From: Verrucomicrobiota bacterium
Lineage (GTDB): Bacteria > Verrucomicrobiota > Verrucomicrobiia > Limisphaerales > UBA8199
DNA: 64,000 nt
NCBI GenBank assembly: GCA_039806935.1
Contig: JBDHQH010000005.1
Coordinates: forward strand, 4,939 to 68,938
Reading direction: 5' to 3'
The translations under genes and the position numbers were made by a program. How positions within the stretch are numbered: the stretch's first letter is position 1; each line of letters starts with the position of its first letter. The notes under the pieces were generated by a model. It did no database searches. It had not been told where the DNA came from and was given only the letters and a program-made list of their open reading frames with translations. This document shows, piece by piece, positions 17,388 through 25,680 of the stretch.

Positions 17388-18256
17388 ATTCCGCCCAGCG
17401 TGGGGACGAGGCCACGCCTTCGCCGGCGAATCCGGCGCCGCCCGCGAGGGCGGAAACCGGCGGAGCGGCCGAGGTCGCGTGGCTACCGCTGACGCCGCGG
17501 GGCGTCGCCGCCTTTGCCTTCGCGACGACCGGACGTTTGTTGTTGGTGCAGGCGCTGGCCGCGTTGCTGGCGTCCGGCGTGGTCGTTTGGTTTCTCGCCC
17601 AGGCATGGTTCCCGGGCATCGCCGGAGCGATTCAGGCCCTGCCGGCCACGGGGGAAATTCGTGCCGGCTCGCTGCACTGGCCGGCCCACCGCCCCCGGCT
17701 GCTGATGGAAACCCGATTCCTCGGGCTGGCGGTGGATTTGGAGCACACCGGCCAGTCCCGCTCCGCTGCTGACGTGAGCGTCGAATTCGGCGCTGAGGAC
17801 TGGAGAATTTATTCGCTTTTCGGGTATGTCGAGCTGGCTTATCCCACCGGCTGCACGATCGCCTTCAATGAACGCGATTTGCGGCCCTGGTGGGGGGCGT
17901 GGTCGCCGGCGTTGCTGGCGGGTGTCGGGCTGGCGACCCTGGCGGGGCTGCTCTTGGTCTGGGCGTTCCTGGCGGCCGTTTACGCTCCCGCGGTATGGGG
18001 GATGGCGTTTTTCCTTGATCGTCCGCTGGGCTGGCGCGCCAGTTGGCGGCTCGCTGGCGCCGCGCTGATGCCGGGCGCGGCTTTTCTCACCATTGCCATT
18101 CTCATGTACGGCTTGCATGGGCTGGGTCTGCCGCAACTGCTGTTGGCTTTCGGCATCCATTGGTTGATCGGTTGGCTTTACTTGCCGCTCGCTCCGCTGT
18201 TCATCGTGAGAGCCTCGCGCCCTCCGAAAAACCCGTTCGCGGCCGCGGCGCGATGA
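17384..18256 (+). CDS. hypothetical polytopic membrane protein
   Basis: The TTG start overlaps the upstream TGA (TTGA). There are several hydrophobic helices. I recognise no domain. Confidence 0.55.
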   Translation: MNSAQRGDEATPSPANPAPPARAETGGAAEVAWLPLTPRGVAAFAFATTGRLLLVQALAALLASGVVVWFLAQAWFPGIAGAIQALPATGEIRAGSLHWPAHRPRLLMETRFLGLAVDLEHTGQSRSAADVSVEFGAEDWRIYSLFGYVELAYPTGCTIAFNERDLRPWWGAWSPALLAGVGLATLAGLLLVWAFLAAVYAPAVWGMAFFLDRPLGWRASWRLAGAALMPGAAFLTIAILMYGLHGLGLPQLLLAFGIHWLIGWLYLPLAPLFIVRASRPPKNPFAAAAR

Positions 18257-18360
18257 ACCCGCGCCGCCGATAACCGAGGGACTCCCGATCGGGTATTCGG
18301 GACGCAGTCGGCAACCTTCAGGTTGCGTTTTCCCGTTTGATGATCGGGACGCCGGCGTGA

Positions 18361-18441
18361 GGCAGGGGCGTTTGGCCGAAACGCCCTTTCCTCTCGAAGC
18401 GCGGATGCCTCATCCGGACGCCTGAGCCAGGCGTCCCTACC
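18361..18441 (+). repeat. REP-like structured intergenic repeat, copy 1 (full)
   Basis: ~80% identical to 53872-53950. It contains the hairpins GGGCGTTT-GGCCG-AAACGCCC and GGACGCCTG-AGC-CAGGCGTCC. Confidence 0.8.
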
Positions 18442-18513
18442 CGGCCGGAGAATTGGGAAGGCGACTCGGAATTGCTGGAATGCGGGGCGGCATTTTGTTA
18501 GTCTGCCGGTTCT

Positions 18514-19293
18514 ATGAGTTTTTCTGCCAGCCTGGTCCGCGGGAGCGCGCTCCTGCTGATGGCTTTGTGGCTTAGCGGCTGTCTGCCGTCGGCCCAGAGC
18601 CGGTCGGACGAGGAGCGGGAACCTTACTTTCTTTCGGGGAAGAGCCGGGTGAGCGCCATGGATTACAAAGGCGCCATCGAGTCGTTTAGCAAAGCGCTCG
18701 AAGTCAACCCGCGATCGGGTCTGGCCCATTTCGAGTTGGCGTGGCTCTACGACCAGAAGGAGTCGGATCCCGCCGCGGCCATCCACCATTACCGCCAGTA
18801 TCTGCGATTTCATCCGGGCGCCGATAACGCGGAGATGGTTCGCACGCGGATCATGGCCTGCAAGCAAGAGTTGGCGCGCACGGTTTCACTGGGGCCGGTG
18901 ACGCAGACCATGCAACGCGAATTCGAGCGGCTCACGGAGCAGAATCAAAAACTGGCCGAGGAGAACAAAGCGTTGCGCGAGGAATTGGAGAAGGCGCGCG
19001 CGCTGACCGCGGTCCGCAGCGAACCGGGCGGCGCGCCGGCCGCGCCCGTCAGGGGGCCCGATCCCGCGCCGCGCGCCGCGCCGCCGGCCGCGCGTCCCGC
19101 GCCGGATCCATCTTCCGTCCGCGCCGCCTCGCCGGTCGCGCCGCCGGCGCGCCGAACCCACACGGTCAAAGCCGGCGAAACCGCCACCGTCATCGCCCGG
19201 CGCTACGGCGTGAAGCTGGAGGCGCTGCTGGCGGCCAATCCACGGGTGGATCCGCGCCGCATGCAGATCGGCCAAAGCCTGGTGATTCCGTAG
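18514..19293 (+). CDS. lipoprotein with TPR-like region, coiled coil and C-terminal LysM domain
   Basis: Lipobox 'LWLSGC'. TPR-like 'YKGAIESFSKALEVNPRSGLAHFELAWLY'. Coiled-coil 'EQNQKLAEENKALREELEKA'. LysM 'HTVKAGETATVIARRYGVKLEALLAANP...IGQSLVIP'. Confidence 0.8.
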   Translation: MSFSASLVRGSALLLMALWLSGCLPSAQSRSDEEREPYFLSGKSRVSAMDYKGAIESFSKALEVNPRSGLAHFELAWLYDQKESDPAAAIHHYRQYLRFHPGADNAEMVRTRIMACKQELARTVSLGPVTQTMQREFERLTEQNQKLAEENKALREELEKARALTAVRSEPGGAPAAPVRGPDPAPRAAPPAARPAPDPSSVRAASPVAPPARRTHTVKAGETATVIARRYGVKLEALLAANPRVDPRRMQIGQSLVIP

Positions 19294-19537
19294 GCCCGGC
19301 ACGAGGCGGTGTCGGCCCCGTCCACACACCTTTCGACGGCGCGGAAAGCCGCAGCCGGGGAGTCCCCCCGATGCTCAGGGCGGCCCAATCCCGTTTTTGC
19401 GGATTTTCGGCGCGCATTTTTCCACTTGAATTTTGGGGTGGTCAGGGTCAATGATTATTCGTGACAAATGCTGGGGTCGGCCCTATTCTCCTCCGGGAAA
19501 ATCCGGAACTGGGGCGCGAAATTTGCAAAAGATTTAT

Positions 19538-19566
19538 TTGACAGCGTTTGGAAATCCGGATAAAAG
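19538..19566 (+). promoter_or_regulatory. candidate sigma70-type promoter for the export module
   Basis: TTGACA (19538-19543), a 17-nt spacer, then TAAAAG (19561-19566). It lies in an AT-rich tract ~64 nt upstream of ATG 19630. Confidence 0.3.
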
Positions 19567-19629
19567 CTAGCATTAAATGAGTTCCTGGCACCGCGTCTTT
19601 TGGGTGTGAGTCAGAAAGCTAATACAAAT

Positions 19630-20958
19630 ATGAAAAACATAGTTGCTTCCGTCGGACTGATTGCGATTGGCGCCACCGCCATGCAAAACGCCAGCGCGCA
19701 GAATCTCGCGTTGGATCAAACCAAACCATGGAGTGTTGCGGCCACCCTGCGGGGGTTTTATGACGACAACACCGCAACCCTTGCCGATAATCAGGCGCTC
19801 CCGGCAGGGCAGCACAAGGGGAGCTTTGGTTTCGAGGTCAGTCCCTCGCTTTCCTTCGCCTGGAACCTCGAGCAGACGACTTTCCGGGCCGGGTATTTGT
19901 TTTCCTACAAATATTTTGATAACGAGATTCCTTACACGACCGACAAGGACAGCCTGGTTCACACCTTCAACCTGTCGCTGACCCATCAGTTCAATGAGCG
20001 CTATCAGGTGGCTCTGAGCGATTCGTTCGTGGTGGGCCAGGAGCCTGACCTCCTGCGGGCCGGCAACACTTTCTCCACCTTCCAACGCATCTCGGGCGAC
20101 AACATCCGCAACCACGGCTCGATTGCCCTGGACGCGCAGTTCACGCCGACCTTCGGAGCCAACCTAGGTTATGACAACGCGCTGTACCGGTACGACGCGG
20201 GCGGTCCCACCGTGGTGGGCGGGCAGATCACGCCGAGTCCGGTGGGGTCGCTGGATCGCATCGAGCACGCGCCGCATATCGAGGGCACCTGGCTGTTGCA
20301 GCCGGAGACCAAAGCCCTGCTCGGCTACCGTTTCCGCGAGATTGACTACACCGGAGATGAGTTGATTGCCGGCACGGTCACGCCATTCGGCGTTCTGGCC
20401 CCGGTGATGAGCCGCGACCGCGACAACCGCGAGCACACGGTGTATGTCGGCGGGCAGCACAGCTTCCGGCCCGACCTCACCGCTTCGGTGCGGGTGGGCG
20501 CGAGTGTGAGCGACTATTTCAATCAGGCGGGCGCCAAGGACACCTGGACGCCGTACGTGGCGGCCAGTCTGCGCTTCAACTACCTGCCGGACAGCTATAT
20601 CGAGGGCGGTTTCTCCTACGACCGGAACTCGACGGATCTGGTGGGCGCGACCGGGCTGGGCACGTTCACGATGGATGCCGAATCGGCCTCGATTTACGCC
20701 GCCGTCAACCATCATTTCACGCCGAAGCTGGTGGGCAACGTGATGGGCCAATTCCAGAACTCGACCTACAACGGCGGGCTCTACAACGACGATTCCGAGC
20801 AGTACTACCTGGCGGGGGTCTCGCTGGAGTATCTGTTCAACCCGCACTTCTCGGCGCAGGTCGGCTACAATTACGACAAGCTGGATTCCGGCTTGACCGC
20901 TTTTCCGCGCACTTTTGATCGAAACAGAGTTTACATCGGAGTGACGGCTCGGTATTAA
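19630..20958 (+). CDS. outer-membrane beta-barrel protein (EPS-locus associated, EpsL-like)
   Basis: Signal peptide MKNIVASVGLIAIGATAMQNASA. Alternating beta-strand pattern and a C-terminal '...YIGVTARY' aromatic terminus. It sits directly upstream of wzc/wza. Confidence 0.75.
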   Translation: MKNIVASVGLIAIGATAMQNASAQNLALDQTKPWSVAATLRGFYDDNTATLADNQALPAGQHKGSFGFEVSPSLSFAWNLEQTTFRAGYLFSYKYFDNEIPYTTDKDSLVHTFNLSLTHQFNERYQVALSDSFVVGQEPDLLRAGNTFSTFQRISGDNIRNHGSIALDAQFTPTFGANLGYDNALYRYDAGGPTVVGGQITPSPVGSLDRIEHAPHIEGTWLLQPETKALLGYRFREIDYTGDELIAGTVTPFGVLAPVMSRDRDNREHTVYVGGQHSFRPDLTASVRVGASVSDYFNQAGAKDTWTPYVAASLRFNYLPDSYIEGGFSYDRNSTDLVGATGLGTFTMDAESASIYAAVNHHFTPKLVGNVMGQFQNSTYNGGLYNDDSEQYYLAGVSLEYLFNPHFSAQVGYNYDKLDSGLTAFPRTFDRNRVYIGVTARY

Positions 20959-20982
20959 TATCAGCCGAGTCTAATGACCTCG

Positions 20983-21021
20983 GGGGCCCCGTCGTTAAGA
21001 CCGGGCCCCATTTTATTTATT
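20983..21021 (+). terminator. candidate intrinsic terminator/attenuator between the OM barrel gene and wzc
   Basis: Stem GGGGCCC (20983-20989) / GGGCCCC (21003-21009), followed by ATTTTATTTATT. Confidence 0.45.
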
Positions 21022-21026
21022 AACTT

Positions 21027-23186
21027 ATGGATCCTTTGAAAGCCGCGGCGCCGCAGGAGGCAAAACTTCACTTCCTCGATTACTGGCGCATCATCCGCAT
21101 CCGGAAAACGGTCATTCTCGCCGTTTTTCTGCTGGTCGTGATTACCGCCACGCTGGTGACGTTCATTCTGCCCGAGAAGTACTCGAGCACGGCGCGCATC
21201 CGGGTCGAGCGCGATCAGTCGGACATCGCGGAGTTGAACGCGCGGCAGTACAATCCCGGGGCTTACGATCCGTATTTCATTCAAACCGAGTTCGAGGTCA
21301 TTCAATCCGAAATGATTCTGGGCAAGGTGATCGCCGATCTGAATCTGAACCGCGAGTGGGGCAAGAAGTACGGCGGCGAGACCCTGAAGACCACCGAGAC
21401 GATGTTGATTTTTAAGCGCATTATGGACCTGCGCCCGGTTCGCAACACCTCGTTGATCGAGATCCGCGTGGTTTCCGAGAAGCCGGAGGAGGCGGCGCAA
21501 CTGGCCAACGCCATCGCCACGACCTATCGCGACCATCGTCTCAACGAGCGCAAGCGGCTTGGCTCCTCGGGCATCGAGGCGCTCGAGAAGCGCTGGGCCG
21601 AGCAGGAGCAAAAAGTTCGGAAAACGCAGAACGAGCTGGAGGAATTGCGCGACAAGCTCAAGGTGCCCGACGCGATGGTCACCAGCGATTACAACGCCCC
21701 GGCGCCGCTGATGACGGCCGAGACCCTGCGGCGATTCGAGACCCTGCGCATCGAAAGCCAGGCCGAGTACGTGCGGCAGGAGACCATGCTGCAGAAACTC
21801 AAGCAACTCAGCCCCGACCAGTTGGCCCAGGCTATTCCCACCACCTTGCAGGACGTGCTTCTGAGCACGCTGCTCGAGCAACTCACGCTGGCGGATCAAA
21901 AGCTGATCGCGTTGAAGAAGGATTACGGTCCGGAGCATGCCGAGGTGCTCAAAGCCAGCGCCTCGGTGGAGGATTTGCACAAAAAGATCACCAAACGGGT
22001 GGACGGCATCCTGATCGGGTTGGAAGCCCGGGTGGCCTCGCTCAAGATGGGCCTGGACAACCTGCAGGCGCAGGTGGATCACGCCACCGAGCAGGACATC
22101 GAGAAGGCGGCGCAGACCCGGCCCTATTTCGAGAAGAAACGCGAGCTCGAGGAGTTGCAACGGTTCCGCCAGATTCTTTTCAGCAAGATGGAGATCGAGC
22201 GCACCGACCTCGAGTTGCCGAAGACCTCGATGGTCGAGATTGTGGACACCGCCAAGCCCGGCTTGCGCCCGGTGCAGCCGAACAAGACCCTGAACATCGC
22301 CTTGGGAGTGATAGTGGGCCTGGTGGTGGGCATCGGTCTGGCCTTTTTCATCGAGTATCTCGACACCAGCGTGAAGACCATCGACGACGTCGAGCGGACG
22401 CTGGGCTCGCCGGTGCTGGGCGTGATTCCGCAGAATGTGGGCCTGCTCCTCGACGAGGGCGCCGAGAGTCCGCACGCGGAGGCCTACCGCGTCCTGCGCA
22501 CGAACCTGCTGTTCTCGCGCAAGGACGAGAAGCTCAACAGCATCGCGGTGGTCAGCGCGGGGGCGGGCGAGGGCAAATCCACCACGGTATTCAATCTGGC
22601 GGTGGTGTTTGCGCAGAGCGGACAGCGCATCCTGCTGGTGGATTCCGACCTGCGCCGCCCGACGCTGCACAAGCTGCTGCGCGTGACCAACAGCATCGGG
22701 CTGACCAATTACCTCCTCAAACAAAACACCCTCGAGGAGGTGATCCAGACCACCAGCGTGCCGACGCTCGATTTCATGGCCAGCGGCAAGCTGCCCAGCA
22801 GCTCGCTCGGCATCCTCAGCTCGGGCAAAATGCGCGACCTGATCAGCGAGCTCAAGCAGCACTACGATTACGTGTTCTTCGACTCGCCGCCCGTGATGGG
22901 CGTGAGCGACGCCTCGATTCTCGCGAGCGAGGTCGATATGACCATGCAGGTCATCCAGTACCGGCGCTATCCGCAGCCGATGAACATCCGCGCCAAGCAG
23001 CTCATTGAGAAGGTGGGCGGCAATCTGGTGGGCATTGTGCTGAACAACATCAACATGTCTCAGGACGAGAGCTACTATTACTACAGCGGTTATTACCACG
23101 AATACTATTCCCGCAACGAGGAGGAGGCTTCCGCGGAGGCCGCCGCCGCCAGTTCGGCCGCGCCGAACGCCGGGGACAAAGCCTGA
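21027..23186 (+). CDS. wzc: polysaccharide co-polymerase / tyrosine autokinase (Wzc/GumC-like, PCP-2a)
   Basis: Wzz N-terminus with a TM helix, a long coiled-coil periplasmic region and a second TM helix. Walker A 'SAGAGEGKSTT', 'LLVDSDLRRP', and the C-terminal Tyr cluster 'SYYYYSGYYHEYY'. Confidence 0.9.
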   Translation: MDPLKAAAPQEAKLHFLDYWRIIRIRKTVILAVFLLVVITATLVTFILPEKYSSTARIRVERDQSDIAELNARQYNPGAYDPYFIQTEFEVIQSEMILGKVIADLNLNREWGKKYGGETLKTTETMLIFKRIMDLRPVRNTSLIEIRVVSEKPEEAAQLANAIATTYRDHRLNERKRLGSSGIEALEKRWAEQEQKVRKTQNELEELRDKLKVPDAMVTSDYNAPAPLMTAETLRRFETLRIESQAEYVRQETMLQKLKQLSPDQLAQAIPTTLQDVLLSTLLEQLTLADQKLIALKKDYGPEHAEVLKASASVEDLHKKITKRVDGILIGLEARVASLKMGLDNLQAQVDHATEQDIEKAAQTRPYFEKKRELEELQRFRQILFSKMEIERTDLELPKTSMVEIVDTAKPGLRPVQPNKTLNIALGVIVGLVVGIGLAFFIEYLDTSVKTIDDVERTLGSPVLGVIPQNVGLLLDEGAESPHAEAYRVLRTNLLFSRKDEKLNSIAVVSAGAGEGKSTTVFNLAVVFAQSGQRILLVDSDLRRPTLHKLLRVTNSIGLTNYLLKQNTLEEVIQTTSVPTLDFMASGKLPSSSLGILSSGKMRDLISELKQHYDYVFFDSPPVMGVSDASILASEVDMTMQVIQYRRYPQPMNIRAKQLIEKVGGNLVGIVLNNINMSQDESYYYYSGYYHEYYSRNEEEASAEAAAASSAAPNAGDKA

Positions 23187-23206
23187 GACTCAAAACAGAC
23201 CTTTTA

Positions 23207-23938
23207 ATGAACAAAACATTTCTGAAAAAAATCGTCGGCCGGTGGAGCTTTCCCGCCGGACTGCTGCTGGCTGGGTTGGCGCTCGCCGGTTGTCAAACCA
23301 GCAATCAGTTTTCCGAGCTCCCGGGATACTACGCGCCCGAGCCAGCCGCGGCGGCCGTCGGAACGGCCCCGGCCCCCTACGAGCCGGCGGCGGCGGCCGC
23401 TCAACCGGTGGCGAATACTCGGCCGGAGGCCGCTCCGAGCGCTTCCGCCGGGTCGCTGGACCGGATTCATGTGGGCGATACGCTGACGATCAGCTTCTCG
23501 GATGTCCCCGAGATCATGGCGCCGCGGGAGGAGCGGGTGAAGGAGGACGGCTCGATCACGCTGGTGCTCAACCAGACCTTCAGCGCGGCGGGCAAGACCA
23601 TCGGTGATCTGGAACGGGAGATTCGCTCCCGTTACGTGCCCCGTTACTACGTCAACATGACCGTCTCGGTGAAGCCCGCGCCGCAGAGCCAGTTCTACTT
23701 CGTCGGGGGCGAGGTCAAAATCCCCAACCGGCAGGTGTATATCGGGCGCACCACGGTGACGCGCGCCATCCAATCGGCGGGCGATTTCACGGACTTCGCC
23801 AACAAGCGCAAAGTGATCCTGATCCGCGCCAACGGCAAGAAAGAGACCATCAACTGCCTCAAGGTGTTGCGCGATCCCTCGCTGGATCCGGAGGTGTTTC
23901 CGGGTGACCGCATCACCGTGATGCGCCGTTTGTTCTGA
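23207..23938 (+). CDS. wza: polysaccharide export lipoprotein (Wza-like; Poly_export plus SLBB)
   Basis: Lipobox 'LALAGC'. 'IHVGDTLTISF...VKEDGSITLVLNQTFSAAGKTIGDLEREI' followed by an SLBB-like 'FYFVGGEVKIPNRQVY'. Confidence 0.85.
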   Translation: MNKTFLKKIVGRWSFPAGLLLAGLALAGCQTSNQFSELPGYYAPEPAAAAVGTAPAPYEPAAAAAQPVANTRPEAAPSASAGSLDRIHVGDTLTISFSDVPEIMAPREERVKEDGSITLVLNQTFSAAGKTIGDLEREIRSRYVPRYYVNMTVSVKPAPQSQFYFVGGEVKIPNRQVYIGRTTVTRAIQSAGDFTDFANKRKVILIRANGKKETINCLKVLRDPSLDPEVFPGDRITVMRRLF

Positions 23939-24333
23939 TGGTTCAGCTCCGGCTGCTTTCTGGAAGTCAGGCGGGTTTCTCGTGGGAAACCCGCCGTTTT
24001 CCTGTACGCATCGGCCGCGCGCCCGACGCCGATCTCCAACTCGAGGAGCCCGGGGTCTGGAGCCGCCACGCCCGTTTGTCGTTGCAGCCAGGCGCGGGGT
24101 TTGTGCTCGGCGCGGAATCGGCGGCGGCCGTCCTGGTCAATGGCGAACCGGTCACCGAGGCGCGCCTGCGCAACGGCGACACGATTGAGCTGGGCGCGGT
24201 GAAGCTCCGTTTCTGGCTCACGCCCACCGAGCAGCGGAATCAGCGGCTGCGGGAATGGCTCGCCTGGGCGGGCATTGCTCTCGTTTCCCTGGGGCAGGTG
24301 GCGCTGGTGTATTGGCTGTTGCGGCGGGGTTGA
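23938..24333 (+). CDS. FHA domain protein with a C-terminal transmembrane anchor
   Basis: The ATG overlaps the wza TGA (TGATG). FHA-like core 'FPVRIGRAPDADLQLEEPGVWSRHARL...VLVNGEPV...LRNGDTIELGAVKLRF'. TM helix 'WLAWAGIALVSLGQVALVYWLL'. Confidence 0.8.
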   Translation: MVQLRLLSGSQAGFSWETRRFPVRIGRAPDADLQLEEPGVWSRHARLSLQPGAGFVLGAESAAAVLVNGEPVTEARLRNGDTIELGAVKLRFWLTPTEQRNQRLREWLAWAGIALVSLGQVALVYWLLRRG

Positions 24334-24432
24334 GCCAGGCGGGAGGCGCGCGCGGCGCTGCCAGGAAAAAATCTTGCTTTTGAGCGCGGGTTGGGTGTTC
24401 ACTATCGGGCGCGCCGACCGTTTATCGAAGAC

Positions 24433-25479
24433 ATGAAATCCGCCTCCGCTCCGCGCCGCGCCGGCCTGCTGGCCGGCGGCAACTGGATCATCGATCTGGT
24501 CAAAATCATTGATGTCTATCCGCAACCCGAGCAGCTCGCCAATATCAAACGCCAGAGCGAGGGGACGGGCGGAGCTCCGTTCAATGTGTTGATGGCGCTC
24601 GCCAAATCCGGCGCCCCGTTCCCGCTGCACGCCGCCGGCCTGGTCGGCGATGACGCGCTGGGCCAGCGCATTTGGCAAACCTGCCAGGACCACAAAATTG
24701 ACCTGAAGCACCTGGGCCGGACCCAACAGGCGCCCACCTCCCACACCAACGTGATGACGGAGGAAACCAGCGGGCGGCGGACGTTTTTTCACGCGCGGGG
24801 CGCCAATGTCTTGTGGCGCGGCGAGGGGCTGGATTTTACGCGCCACAAATGCCGGATTTTCCACCTCGGCTACATTTTGCTGCTCGATGAGTTGGACAAG
24901 CCGGACGCCAAGTATGGAACGAAAGCGGCCCGTCTGCTGGCCCAGGCGCAGGCGGCGGGAGTCAAAACCAGCCTGGATGTGGTGAGCGAGGACAGCGATC
25001 GCTACGCGCGCCTGGTGACGCCGGCGTTGCGGCATGTGGATTATTGCATTCTCAACGAATTCGAGGCCGGACGCACCACCGGCTTCAAATGCCGGGATGG
25101 CCAGGGCCGCCTGGATACCGTCTCGCTGCGCCACGCGGCGGGCGCTCTGTTGCAAAAAGGAGTCAGGGAACTGGTGGTGATTCACTTTCCAGAAGGAGCC
25201 TTTGCGCGCACGCGCAAAGGCGAAGACGTGTGGCAGCCTTCGCTCAAGGTGCCGGCCAAGCACATCGCCGGCACCGCGGGAGCGGGGGACGCCTTTTGCG
25301 CCGGGGTGTTGCTCGGTTTGCACGAGGGCTGGGAATTAGAGCGTTCGCTGCGCGCCGGGGTTTGCATCGCCGCCGCCTCGCTCGCGGACGCGACCTGCAC
25401 GGCGGGAATCAAGTCTCTGCAGCATTCTCTTGGATTGGCAAAAAAATACGGCTTCGGACCGCGCCTCGAGCCGGAGTGA
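24433..25479 (+). CDS. PfkB-family carbohydrate kinase
   Basis: Ribokinase-like fold with the C-terminal motif 'GTAGAGDAFCAGVLLG'. ATG 24433 is preferred over TTG 24391. Confidence 0.8.
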   Translation: MKSASAPRRAGLLAGGNWIIDLVKIIDVYPQPEQLANIKRQSEGTGGAPFNVLMALAKSGAPFPLHAAGLVGDDALGQRIWQTCQDHKIDLKHLGRTQQAPTSHTNVMTEETSGRRTFFHARGANVLWRGEGLDFTRHKCRIFHLGYILLLDELDKPDAKYGTKAARLLAQAQAAGVKTSLDVVSEDSDRYARLVTPALRHVDYCILNEFEAGRTTGFKCRDGQGRLDTVSLRHAAGALLQKGVRELVVIHFPEGAFARTRKGEDVWQPSLKVPAKHIAGTAGAGDAFCAGVLLGLHEGWELERSLRAGVCIAAASLADATCTAGIKSLQHSLGLAKKYGFGPRLEPE

Positions 25480-25626
25480 TTCGGATCCGCGGCGCGCCGG
25501 CGGGGGACGTGGAGGAGGGGGGATCCCCGTCATTTTTCTGGAGAAAAGCGCCCTCTTTGCCAGGGGTGGTTTTCCATAAAAACCGCGCGTCCGGAGAGGG
25601 GGAAATAAAAATAATTCACCTTCGAC

Positions 25627-25655
25627 TTGACAGGAACTGCTGGGTGGTGAAGAAT
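25627..25655 (+). promoter_or_regulatory. candidate promoter for the cys operon
   Basis: TTGACA (25627-25632), a 17-nt spacer, then AAGAAT (25650-25655). It lies in an AT-rich tract upstream of ATG 25681. Confidence 0.25.
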
Positions 25656-25680
25656 CCTGACTATTACAGGTATTTTACTC

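Noticed and set aside
19586-19603. TGGCAC motif upstream of the export module as a possible sigma54 -24 element (an NtrC-type activator is encoded in the window)
   Set aside because: The position where the conserved -12 GC dinucleotide should be (GG-N10-GC) reads TT (TGGCACCGCGTCTTTTG). Without the GC this does not meet the sigma54 consensus.
20961-23099. 712-aa minus-strand ORF
   Set aside because: It is antisense to wzc, whose Walker A motif, Tyr cluster and coiled coil are unambiguous.
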